Shown here: piece after piece, positions 29,520-38,926 of the stretch
How the letters are laid out: each line of letters opens with the position of its first letter
How positions within the stretch are numbered: position 1 is the stretch's first letter
Assembly (NCBI RefSeq): GCF_965140895.1
Contig: NZ_CBCSKT010000163.1
Coordinates: 19,425 to 83,424, forward strand
Direction: 5' to 3'
Source: Legionella sp.
GTDB taxonomy: Bacteria > Pseudomonadota > Gammaproteobacteria > Legionellales > Legionellaceae
DNA length: 64,000 nt
Translations under genes and position numbers: made by a program
The notes under the pieces: generated by a model
Told to the model about the DNA's origin: nothing
Seen by the model: the letters and a program-made list of their open reading frames with translations, nothing else
The model's database searches: none

Positions 29520-30704
29520 TTATATAACCGAAAACTCTTTACCTACTGTTTCAAATGCAGCAATAGCTTTATCTAAATGGTGCAACTCATGTGCTGCAGA
29601 CATTTGCGTACGAATACGTGCTAAACCTTTAGGCACCACGGGATAAGAAAAACCAACTACATAAATACCTAATTCCAGCAAACGATTAGCCATGCGTCCA
29701 GCCAAGCTAGCATCTCCTAACATCACCGGAATAATTGCATGCTCACCTGGTATTAACTTAAAGCCTAATTTTGACATTCCTTCACGGAAATATGTACTGT
29801 TACGCTTTAATTTTTCTGATAAATGGCTATCTTTCATTAAATTATCTAAAACCACGCAGGAAGTATGTGCAATCACTGGAGCAAGGGTATTAGAAAATAA
29901 ATAAGGTCTGGAACGCTGACGCAACCACTCAACAATCGTTGCATTTGCCGAAGTATATCCACCCGAAGCGCCGCCTAAAGCTTTGCCTAAGGTACCAGTA
30001 ATAATATCAATGCGCTCACTAACGCCAAAATGCTCAGGAGTACCACGACCTGTTTTCCCCATAAAACCAACGGCATGCGAATCATCTACCATAACCATCG
30101 CATCATACTTGTCTGCTAAGTCACAAATAGCGGGGAGGTTCGCAAGAATACCATCCATAGAAAATACGCCATCGGTAGCAATCAAACGAAAACGCGCACC
30201 TTTTGCTGCAATGAGCTGATCTTCTAAGGCGTTCATATCATTATTTGCATAACGATAACGCGCAGCTTTACATAAACGTACACCATCGATAATACTGGCA
30301 TGGTTCAAGGCATCACTAATGATCGCATCTTCTTCACCCAATAAGGTTTCAAAAAGACCAGTATTCGCATCAAAACAAGAAGAATATAATATAGTGTCTT
30401 CTTTACCTAAAAACTGGCTAATTTTTTGTTCCAGTTGTTTGTGTGGTGCTTGAGTTCCGCAAATAAACCGTACTGAAGCCATACCATAACCGTATTGCTC
30501 AAGTGCTTTTTGTCCTTCCGCAATTAATTGAGGATCATTTGCTAAACCTAAGTAATTGTTCGCACAAAGATTAATCACTTCTTTATGATTTACGGTCACA
30601 TCAGCCTGTTGTTGACTATCAATGATACGCTCTGATTTGTAGAGTCCTTCACTTTTCAGCTGTTCTAATTCGCCTTGCAAAAAATCGCTAAATTGGTCAA
30701 GCAC
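29520..30704 (-). CDS. kbl: Glycine C-acetyltransferase (2-amino-3-ketobutyrate CoA ligase)
   Basis: Class-II aminotransferase with the [17 protein letters not shown]-lysine region. GTG start with GGAGA 5 nt upstream. kbl-tdh operon. Confidence 0.92.
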   Translation of the reverse strand: MLDQFSDFLQGELEQLKSEGLYKSERIIDSQQQADVTVNHKEVINLCANNYLGLANDPQLIAEGQKALEQYGYGMASVRFICGTQAPHKQLEQKISQFLGKEDTILYSSCFDANTGLFETLLGEEDAIISDALNHASIIDGVRLCKAARYRYANNDMNALEDQLIAAKGARFRLIATDGVFSMDGILANLPAICDLADKYDAMVMVDDSHAVGFMGKTGRGTPEHFGVSERIDIITGTLGKALGGASGGYTSANATIVEWLRQRSRPYLFSNTLAPVIAHTSCVVLDNLMKDSHLSEKLKRNSTYFREGMSKLGFKLIPGEHAIIPVMLGDASLAGRMANRLLELGIYVVGFSYPVVPKGLARIRTQMSAAHELHHLDKAIAAFETVGKEFSVI

Positions 30705-30920
30705 GGTTCTCTCCTATACATTAACTTAGAAACAACAGTTGCATCGCTCCTTATCAAGCAAACAATACATTTGCTTTTTCGAAGTGAATTACGATAAATT
30801 TGCGGATCATAACAAACTTTAACCACAGTCACCACGAAATTAAGGATTCGGACATTATTTCTTAGCACATAAGCTAATTTTTTGCTAAGATGGTCGCAGA
30901 GTTTTAACCCATTAAACACA

Positions 30921-31592
30921 ATGAATACGGTAGAACAAATGAGTTATCAAGACGCACGCACGAACATGGTTAAACAACAGTTACGAACTGGTGATGTTTT
31001 AGAAGAGTCAATTCTGAGCTTGTATGATTTAATACCAAGACATGAATTCGTCCCTGAGCAATATACTCAGTTTGCCTATTCAGATATGCAAATTCCTCTA
31101 GAGCATGGCCAGCGTATGCTTACTCCATTGGAAGAAGGGATCATTCTTCAGTCTTTAGAACTTAAAGGTACTGAAACGGTTCTTGAAGTGGGTACAGGTA
31201 GTGGTTTTTTTACTGCATTACTGAGCAGATTATGCAAACAAGTAATTAGCGTAGATTACTATTCTGAATTTACTGCGAATGCAGCCCGTAAATTAAAAGC
31301 GCATAATTGTGACAATGTAGAATTGATTACTGGCGATGCCTGTCAGGGTTGGTTAGAAAAAGCTCCTTACGATATTGTTATTTTTACTGGCGCTGTAGAA
31401 AAGTTAACTGAAACCCATATGTTGCAAGTATTACCAGGCGGAAAATTATTTGCAATTGAAGGAAACATGCCTGTAATGAAAGGTGTATTACACCAATTAG
31501 ATCACCAAGGAAATTGGCAAAAATCAATGCTTTTGGAAACAGGAATTCCTTTATTAATTGATAAGCTCAAGCCAAAAGAATTTACATTCTAA
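30921..31592 (+). CDS. Protein-L-isoaspartate O-methyltransferase family protein (TolC-adjacent paralog)
   Basis: SAM motif VLEVGTGSGFFTALLS and NMVKQQLR near the N-terminus. The track start at 30882 is TTG; I prefer the in-frame ATG at 30921. Confidence 0.75.
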   Translation: MNTVEQMSYQDARTNMVKQQLRTGDVLEESILSLYDLIPRHEFVPEQYTQFAYSDMQIPLEHGQRMLTPLEEGIILQSLELKGTETVLEVGTGSGFFTALLSRLCKQVISVDYYSEFTANAARKLKAHNCDNVELITGDACQGWLEKAPYDIVIFTGAVEKLTETHMLQVLPGGKLFAIEGNMPVMKGVLHQLDHQGNWQKSMLLETGIPLLIDKLKPKEFTF

Positions 31593-31751
31593 ATCAAGAA
31601 TTAGTATTCTGCCATTAAGTCATTATCGGTCATTCCTGTCAGTGTGGGAATGGCCATAATTGCTAACTAAATGGCATTAGGTGATAAGAAAAAATTATTC
31701 AACACAAAGCCGCAGGAAGACGGACTCTGTATTTTTAGGGTGAATCTTATA

Positions 31752-33122
31752 ATGAAAAAGCTGCTGTTCTGCTCTCTCATAACCATGGGACTGTCTTCAT
31801 TTGCTTATGCAACAGACTTAATGGATGTTTATCAACAGGCCCTTGCAAATGATCCGATTTTCAAGAATGCCTATGATACGTACATGGCCAATGCAGAAGC
31901 AGTGCCTCAAGCACGAGCTGCATTGCTTCCACAACTCACCCTTTCTGGCCAGGGAAATCGTAATTATTTTGAATATAATTCCTCAGCCTTTGGAGCTACT
32001 ACCCAATATTATAATTCCGCAGTTTGGCAAGTAACCGCCTCGCAAGCATTATTCAATTATGAATCATGGGCTAAAGTACGCCAAGCCAAAGCCTATGTTA
32101 AAGCAGCACAAGCCACATTTAACGATTCAGCACAAGATTTAATTTTGAGAACGGCAAAAGCCTATTTTGATGTGCTTTATGCGCAAGACACTTTAGAATT
32201 TGCCGAAGCGAAAAAAAGAGCCAACAAACGCCAATACGAGCAAGCGCAACAACGTTTTCAAGTTGGTCTGGATGCAATTACCTCCGTTTATGAAGCTAAA
32301 GCCGCCTATGATCAATCTATAGCTACGGTTATTGCCTCTCGTAATAATAAAATAAATCAGTATGAAAATTTAAGAAAATTAACCAATCATGTTTATGAGG
32401 CATTAGCCCCTCTGCGTGATGGTAAAATCCCGCTGATAAGACCTGAGCCGAACAACGTTAATGTTTGGGTCGATACCGGCTTAAAGCAAAATTACAAATT
32501 ATTTGCCGCAAAATATAATCTTGACGTAGCGCGAGAAAACGTCAAAGCGCTTTCAGCAGGTAACTGGCCTACCATTGCGATTCAGGGAAACAGTGCTCAA
32601 ACCTTTAACCAGGTGACTAATGCTGACAATAACCCCCTGCTTCCAAAAAACCAGAAACAAGCGAATGTAGCCTTAGCCTTAAATTTCCCTGTTTTCCAAG
32701 GAGGATTGGTTCGTTCCCAAACACGCCAAGCTCAGCATAATTTCCAAGGAAGTAGCGAGCAAATGGAACAAGCTTATCGCAACGTGGTCGTGAATAGCCG
32801 TATCGCATTCAATACGATCATTGATGGGATTAGCAAAGTAAAGGCGGATAGACAAACAATTATCTCGCAACAAAATTCATTAGAAAGTACCGAAGCCCAA
32901 TTCGAAGTAGGTACCCGTACCATGGTTGACGTAGTAAACGCACAACAACGTTTGTTCGAAGCCCAACAGCAATTAGCTAATGATCAATACAACTTGATTA
33001 ATTCTGTTTTGACTTTAAAATACTTTGCCGGTTCATTAAATGTTAATGATCTGCAACTCGTCAATTCATGGCTGGCAACGATGCGCGTTAACACTCATAT
33101 CGCCAGTAAGACAAGCAAATAA
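31752..33122 (+). CDS. tolC: Outer-membrane channel TolC
   Basis: Signal peptide MKKLLFCSLITMGLSSFAYA, then TDLMDVYQQALANDPIFKNA. Two-repeat OEP architecture. The start is at the internal ATG, 31752. Confidence 0.85.
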   Translation: MKKLLFCSLITMGLSSFAYATDLMDVYQQALANDPIFKNAYDTYMANAEAVPQARAALLPQLTLSGQGNRNYFEYNSSAFGATTQYYNSAVWQVTASQALFNYESWAKVRQAKAYVKAAQATFNDSAQDLILRTAKAYFDVLYAQDTLEFAEAKKRANKRQYEQAQQRFQVGLDAITSVYEAKAAYDQSIATVIASRNNKINQYENLRKLTNHVYEALAPLRDGKIPLIRPEPNNVNVWVDTGLKQNYKLFAAKYNLDVARENVKALSAGNWPTIAIQGNSAQTFNQVTNADNNPLLPKNQKQANVALALNFPVFQGGLVRSQTRQAQHNFQGSSEQMEQAYRNVVVNSRIAFNTIIDGISKVKADRQTIISQQNSLESTEAQFEVGTRTMVDVVNAQQRLFEAQQQLANDQYNLINSVLTLKYFAGSLNVNDLQLVNSWLATMRVNTHIASKTSK

Positions 33123-33134
33123 CAAGGTTTTATC

Positions 33135-33980
33135 ATGTCCAATCCGTCTCAAGTTGAAAAAAAACTACTGCATTACACTGGCAAAGCCATTGCAGATTTT
33201 AATATGATCCAGCGCGGTGACCGCGTAATGGTCTGTTTATCAGGAGGCAAGGATTCCTTCACGCTGTTAACTATTCTTGATCAACTACGTCGTCGTTCAG
33301 GTAATAAATTTGAACTGTTTTCATTTACTTTGGATCAAGCACAACCTGGCTGGGATGACTCAACACTGCGCCAATGGCTGGCTGATCGTTCCATTAAACA
33401 TGAAATTTTGACACGAGATACCTACAGCATCGTGAAAGAAAAGGTTCCCGAGGGTAAAACCTATTGTTCTTTATGCTCACGCTTACGCCGGGGTATTATT
33501 TATCGTTATGCAGAAGAAAATGGCTATAACAAAATTGCTTTGGGTCATCACCGCGATGATTTAATCCGTACATTAATGATGTCTATTTTATATAATGGTG
33601 ACCTTCGTTCTATGCCACCCAAACTGCTAAGCGATAATAAAAAGCATATCGTCATACGCCCATTAAGTTATGTACAAGAAAAAGATATTATTACTTTTGC
33701 CAATGAACAAGCGTTCCCGATCATTCCTTGCAATCTTTGTGGCTCCCAAGAAAATTTAATGCGTAAAAAAGTAGCGCGTTTAATTGATCAGCTTGCCGAG
33801 GAAAACCCCAAAGTTCCAAGCAATATTTTGCATGCATTACAAAGTATTAAGCCAAGCCAGCTAATGGATCAAAGCATGTGGAATTTTAAAAACTTAGAGC
33901 ATGAGCTGATTACTGAAAACAGAAACGAAGCAGATGAACTTTTTTCTGCGGAAGAATTTGAAACATCTGAAGAATCTTAA
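33135..33980 (+). CDS. ttcA: tRNA 2-thiocytidine(32) synthetase
   Basis: SGGKDS PP-loop and [10 protein letters not shown] / CNLCG cysteine motifs. Confidence 0.9.
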   Translation: MSNPSQVEKKLLHYTGKAIADFNMIQRGDRVMVCLSGGKDSFTLLTILDQLRRRSGNKFELFSFTLDQAQPGWDDSTLRQWLADRSIKHEILTRDTYSIVKEKVPEGKTYCSLCSRLRRGIIYRYAEENGYNKIALGHHRDDLIRTLMMSILYNGDLRSMPPKLLSDNKKHIVIRPLSYVQEKDIITFANEQAFPIIPCNLCGSQENLMRKKVARLIDQLAEENPKVPSNILHALQSIKPSQLMDQSMWNFKNLEHELITENRNEADELFSAEEFETSEES

Positions 33981-34009
33981 GCGAAGCATCCCTCATTTTT
34001 TCCTGCTGT

Positions 34010-34045
34010 AACCTGGTTGCGAGCAATGCGAGCAACCAGGTTTTC
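34010..34045 (+). terminator. Rho-independent terminator after ttcA (CCTGGTTGC family)
   Basis: AACCTGGTTGC (34010-34020) pairs with GCAACCAGGTT (34032-34042), followed by TTTTC. Confidence 0.65.
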
Positions 34046-34203
34046 AATTTAATTTCTCTAACATCACTTAGACCAAAAGCATCTCGATGTATTTAAAAAA
34101 AGCCAATGTAACCTGAATACAACACCGTGAAATCCGTAAACCATGAACGTTACGAACTCTTTTGGGTGTAAAGCCAACAACCCAAGCCAATCTTAACAAA
34201 ACC

Positions 34204-34230
34204 GTTACATAATAGTTACGTTTCTGTAAC
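34204..34230. promoter_or_regulatory. Phased GTTAC/GTTAC/GTAAC pentamers (11-bp register) upstream of the SulP-CA gene; candidate operator
   Basis: GTTAC at 34204-34208 and 34215-34219; GTAAC at 34226-34230. A further GTTAC lies at 34149-34153. These sit 107-133 nt upstream of the ATG at 34337. Confidence 0.25.
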
Positions 34231-34336
34231 ATTTATGTTTCAATAGCTTACACTTTAGTCTAAAATTACGGGGCTTATAAAAGTAAGTAACTTAAAGCAG
34301 GCTCTGATAAATAATTTTCAATATAGGATACTATTC

Positions 34337-36646
34337 ATGCTAGCAGAAACGATGTTTGATGTACGTAAATTTCGAATCTACGCCAAACGCTATTTAAAGT
34401 TTGATCTAGTCGCAGGGATAGTCGTATTTCTAGTGGCAATTCCACTCTGCTTAGGAATCGCACTCGCTTCCGGAGCCCCACTATTTTCAGGAATCATAAG
34501 TGGTGTTATTGGAGGAATTATTGTAGGTGCATTAAGTGGCTCACAAGTCAGCGTGAGTGGTCCCGCTGCAGGGATGGCCGCCGTTGTAGTCACCGCTGTT
34601 GCCCAGATAGGAGACTTCAATTCTTTCCTATTCGCCCTAGTTCTTGCCGGTATGCTGCAAGTTATTATCGGTAGCCTAAAAGCGGGGTTTGTTGCGGATT
34701 ATGTTCCCTCAAATGTGGTGCAAGGTTTACTTTGTGCAATCGGTATTTTATTAATTATCAAAGAATTACCACTAGCCTTTACTCACTCTAGTGATTTTAA
34801 TGAACTGAAAACCCACTTAATGGAAACTACGGATGTCATTACCTTAAGTCCCCTGCTCACCCTCTATAATCACCTTAATAACGGAGCAATGATAATTACA
34901 CTCTTTTCTTTAGCCATTTTAATCTACTTTGATAAAACCAAAAATAAAGTGCTTAAGGAAATACCCGCTCCAATTATTGTAGTAATTCTGGGTGTACTCT
35001 TAAATGAAGTATATATGTGGGCTGACTCTGAATTGATGCAAGATACGCCTCAATTGGTTAATATTCCCCATAGTGAAAGTGTCTCAGACTTTATTAGTAA
35101 ATTAGTACATCCTGACTGGACTGCATGGAGTAATGCCAAAGTCTATTTTTACGGGGTTATTATTGCCATTGTCGCATCACTTGAAACCTTACTTAACTTT
35201 AAAGCAGGGGAGCGTCTGGATAAACAAAAACGTCATGCCTCTACTAACCGTGAATTGGTCGCTCAAGGTGTGGGAAACGTGACCGCAGGTCTACTCGGTG
35301 GGATCCCGATTACATCAGTGATTGTACGAACTTCGATTAACATCCAAGCTGGTTCACGAACTAAAATGTCCATCATTTTACATGGAGTATTTATTCTTTT
35401 TGCCGTGATGTTAATTCCGGGAACGCTTAACAAAATCCCCTTATCCTCATTAGCAGCAATTCTCATTTACACAGGATATAAATTAAACAAACCCGACATT
35501 TATCGCGCAATCTATGCTCAAGGTATCGATCGCTTCATTCCCTTTATTGCGACGGTTATTAGTATTATTGTATTTAATCTTTTGATAGGTATTTTAATCG
35601 GTCTGGCCGTAAGCTTATTTTTCATCTTGAAATCAAATAGCCAAGCACGTATTGATATTATTAAAGAGATTTATCCTAATGGAATAACCAGCCGACTGAT
35701 ACTGCCACAGCAAGTAACATTCTTAAACAAATCAACGTTAATTGCAGAACTTGACTCAATTCCCAATGGTTCTCAGTTAATTATTGATGCTCATTATACT
35801 CAGTATATTGATAAAGAAATTTCTGAACTACTGAAAGAGTTTAAAGAGGAACAAGCACCACTGAAGCAAATTTCAACAAACCTGACCGGATTCAAAGAGC
35901 ATTATAAAATTCATAATTATATTAATTTTATTAATGTCACTACTTATGATGTGCAATCTCACCTATCCCCATCGCAAGTACTTAACATCTTAAATGAGGG
36001 AAATAGCCGCTTTCTAGCTGATGAGCGCATTCACCGATTAACTCATCTTGATGTTCAATACACAGCAAAAGAACAACATCCAATTGCTATTGTATTAGGT
36101 TGTATTGACTCACGGGTACCTGTAGAAACCATTTTTGATATGACTTTCGGTGATATTTTCTGTGTGCGTGTTGCGGGTAACGTAGTTAATGACGATGTTC
36201 TGGCCAGTATCGAATATGCCTGTAATATGGTTGGTGTTAAGCTAATCGTTGTCTTGGGTCACACACGTTGCGGCGCAATTCAATCTGCGTGTAATGGCGT
36301 AGAGCAAGGACATATCACGCAATTGCTAGCCAAAATAAAACCGGCAATTAATGCCGAAACAGAAACCACATCAAATCGTAATGGTCAGAATTCCCATTTT
36401 GTGAACCACATTACTGAGCTAAATGTAGCGAATACTTTGCAAAATATTTATGAGCGCAGCCCAGCAATCCAAGACATGATTGAAAAGGATGATGTTGCCG
36501 TTGTTGGGGCTGTTTATAATGTTCAAAGTGGTGAAGTACACTATAGTGATTATGCAAAAGAACTTGCACAATTAGATGGTGATAAGAATACTCATTTAGC
36601 TTCTAAAATCGCTCAAGTATTAAAGGATGCTAAAGTACACCATTAA
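34337..36646 (+). CDS. SulP-family anion transporter with STAS domain fused to a C-terminal beta-class carbonic anhydrase
   Basis: The N-terminal ~560 aa are a polytopic SulP plus a STAS-like segment. The C-terminal ~210 aa carry beta-CA motifs CIDSRVPVE and VLGHTRCGA. Confidence 0.85.
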   Translation: MLAETMFDVRKFRIYAKRYLKFDLVAGIVVFLVAIPLCLGIALASGAPLFSGIISGVIGGIIVGALSGSQVSVSGPAAGMAAVVVTAVAQIGDFNSFLFALVLAGMLQVIIGSLKAGFVADYVPSNVVQGLLCAIGILLIIKELPLAFTHSSDFNELKTHLMETTDVITLSPLLTLYNHLNNGAMIITLFSLAILIYFDKTKNKVLKEIPAPIIVVILGVLLNEVYMWADSELMQDTPQLVNIPHSESVSDFISKLVHPDWTAWSNAKVYFYGVIIAIVASLETLLNFKAGERLDKQKRHASTNRELVAQGVGNVTAGLLGGIPITSVIVRTSINIQAGSRTKMSIILHGVFILFAVMLIPGTLNKIPLSSLAAILIYTGYKLNKPDIYRAIYAQGIDRFIPFIATVISIIVFNLLIGILIGLAVSLFFILKSNSQARIDIIKEIYPNGITSRLILPQQVTFLNKSTLIAELDSIPNGSQLIIDAHYTQYIDKEISELLKEFKEEQAPLKQISTNLTGFKEHYKIHNYINFINVTTYDVQSHLSPSQVLNILNEGNSRFLADERIHRLTHLDVQYTAKEQHPIAIVLGCIDSRVPVETIFDMTFGDIFCVRVAGNVVNDDVLASIEYACNMVGVKLIVVLGHTRCGAIQSACNGVEQGHITQLLAKIKPAINAETETTSNRNGQNSHFVNHITELNVANTLQNIYERSPAIQDMIEKDDVAVVGAVYNVQSGEVHYSDYAKELAQLDGDKNTHLASKIAQVLKDAKVHH

Positions 36647-36972
36647 AAGCAAGCTGGGCTGTAAAGCCCAGCAAACACGTATCGTTTATGCAAAATTAGC
36701 AGTCAGCGAAACAGTGGTATGATTACTGCTATAAATACTTCCACGGTTGAAATGAGAAGTCACTCCCTACCAACGCAACCAATACAACGCGTTGCTTGGT
36801 AACCTATCTCAGCGCAGGCTTTCATTGAGGCGGTATACAAAAAAACGAATACTCCTGTAACTAACCTTAAAAATCAAGAAAAACAGTATCCCTAATACCC
36901 CGCTTTAATAGTATTTTGGCATTTCTTGGGTATATAATGCCTGAATTTACGAAATTACTTTCAGGAGCATAA

Positions 36973-38679
36973 ATGCGTGCGTCACAATGGTTTTTAGTTA
37001 CCCTAAAAGAAACTCCTAACGATGCTGAAATCGTTTCTCATCAATTGATGTTGAGAACTGGGATGATCCGTAAACTAGGCTCAGGCCTTTATACTTGGAT
37101 GCCTCTAGGACTTAGAGTACTTCGTAAAATAGAACAAATCGTTCGTGAAGAAATGAATCGCACCAATGCCATGGAAGTACTCATGCCATCGGTACAACCC
37201 GCAGAACTTTGGCAAGAAACCGGACGTTGGGAAACTTTTGGTGGACAGCTGCTCACCATGACAGACTCTAACCAAAGAGAATATTGCTACGGTCCAACTC
37301 ATGAAGAAGTAATTACAGACATTATGCGTAATGAGCTGCAATCTTACAAACAATTGCCAGCAAACTTTTATCAAATCCAAACTAAATTCCGCGATGAAAT
37401 CAGACCACGTTTTGGTGTAATGCGTGCCCGTGAATTTATTATGAAAGATGCTTATTCATTTCACTTAGGTATAGAAAGTTTACAAAAAACTTATCAAGAC
37501 ATGTACCAGGCTTATTGCCGTATTTTTGATCGTATGGGTCTAAAATATCGTGCCGTAGAAGCAGATACAGGTGCTATTGGTGGTTCTGCCTCTCATGAGT
37601 TCCAAGTACTTGCGGATTCTGGCGAAGACTTAATTTTCTATAGTGATGTAAGTAACTATGCAGCGAATATAGAACAAGCAATTAGTCTAAAACCTGCCAA
37701 ATCAACAAATCCTACTACGCAAAAAATTGCATTGGTTGATACACCAGAACAAAAAACGATTGCTGAAGTATCAAAATTCCTAAATATCGCCAGCAGCAAG
37801 ATGATCAAGACTTTAATTGTACGCGGTAAAGAACATCCTATGGTTGCTTTGGTTTTACGTGGTGATGACGAGCTTAACGAAGTAAAAGCAACAAAACATC
37901 CTCTCATTGCTTCTCCATTACAATTTATTGATGAAGAAAGCATTCTAAAAACATTAAACGCTCCAATTGGCTCACTAGGACCTATTGGCTTATCCATTCC
38001 AGTAATCGCAGATCACCATGCGCTTGCTATGGATGAGTTTGTTTGTGGTGCGAATCAAGCGGATAAACATTACCAGTATGCTGCTTGGGATAAAGATATC
38101 GAAGTTTACCAAGAATACGACTTACGTAATGTAAAAGATGGGGATCCAAGCCCAGATGGCCAGGGTACACTGCACTCTTGTCGTGGTATTGAAGTGGGTC
38201 ATGTATTCCAATTAGGCGATAAATATGCCAAAGCAATGAATGCCTCTGTAATTAATGAGCAAGGTCAATTAGAAACAATGTTGATGGGTTGTTATGGTTT
38301 AGGTATCACTCGTGTCGTTGCTGCAGCAATCGAGCAACACCATGATGAACAAGGAATTATCTGGCCACAAAATATTGCGCCGTTCCAAATAGTAATTATT
38401 CCATTGAATGGACATAAATCTCAAGTAGTTAAAGACCAAGCTGAGGCTCTGTACCAACAACTTAGTAATGCAGGAGTTGAAGTATTACTTGATGATCGAA
38501 ATGAGCGTGCAGGCGCCCTCTTTGCTGACCATGATTTAATTGGTATACCGCATCGCCTGGTGGTTAGTGACCGAAACATTGAACAAAATTGTGTGGAATA
38601 TAAATCACGCGCTACTGGTGAAACACAACAAGTTTCTCTAAGTACTGCTGTTGCTGATCTAGTTAAATTAATTTCATAA
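36973..38679 (+). CDS. proS: Proline--tRNA ligase
   Basis: [46 protein letters not shown]; bacterial-type ProRS with an editing insertion. Confidence 0.95.
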   Translation: MRASQWFLVTLKETPNDAEIVSHQLMLRTGMIRKLGSGLYTWMPLGLRVLRKIEQIVREEMNRTNAMEVLMPSVQPAELWQETGRWETFGGQLLTMTDSNQREYCYGPTHEEVITDIMRNELQSYKQLPANFYQIQTKFRDEIRPRFGVMRAREFIMKDAYSFHLGIESLQKTYQDMYQAYCRIFDRMGLKYRAVEADTGAIGGSASHEFQVLADSGEDLIFYSDVSNYAANIEQAISLKPAKSTNPTTQKIALVDTPEQKTIAEVSKFLNIASSKMIKTLIVRGKEHPMVALVLRGDDELNEVKATKHPLIASPLQFIDEESILKTLNAPIGSLGPIGLSIPVIADHHALAMDEFVCGANQADKHYQYAAWDKDIEVYQEYDLRNVKDGDPSPDGQGTLHSCRGIEVGHVFQLGDKYAKAMNASVINEQGQLETMLMGCYGLGITRVVAAAIEQHHDEQGIIWPQNIAPFQIVIIPLNGHKSQVVKDQAEALYQQLSNAGVEVLLDDRNERAGALFADHDLIGIPHRLVVSDRNIEQNCVEYKSRATGETQQVSLSTAVADLVKLIS

Positions 38680-38698
38680 TAATCAGATCTATACGTAG

Positions 38699-38727
38699 CC
38701 TGGTTGCTTGCAACCAGGTTTTTTTTA
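38699..38727 (+). terminator. Rho-independent terminator after proS (CCTGGTTGC family)
   Basis: CCTGGTTGC-TT-GCAACCAGG followed by T8. Confidence 0.75.
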
Positions 38728-38760
38728 TTTACTATTCCTATCAACTCACTTCATTGAATT

Positions 38761-38780
38761 CCTGGTTACAAACAACCAGA
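38761..38780. repeat. Degenerate CCTGGTT..AACCAG hairpin
   Basis: CTGGTT (38762-38767) pairs with AACCAG (38774-38779). Confidence 0.4.
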
Positions 38781-38926
38781 CAACGTCAATAAATATCGTA
38801 TTGATCAAAATACCCATCTTATAAGTTACGAATTCTGCTGTAAAAATTACTTTTAATATAAAAATTATTCAATGTATATTGTCCTTCAACACCAAAATGT
38901 TATACTATAACACTTTGAGAGTTAAT

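Noticed and set aside
38840-38900. TTTTAATAT-containing AT-rich sequence upstream of the P-type ATPase, and a similar TTTAATTTAAATTAC upstream of the LRR gene (41915-41935), considered as PmrA boxes
   Set aside because: Only one half-site matches in each case. The second 9-mer matches at most 4-5 of 9 positions, and the LRR-gene site is too close to the RBS to leave room for a -10.
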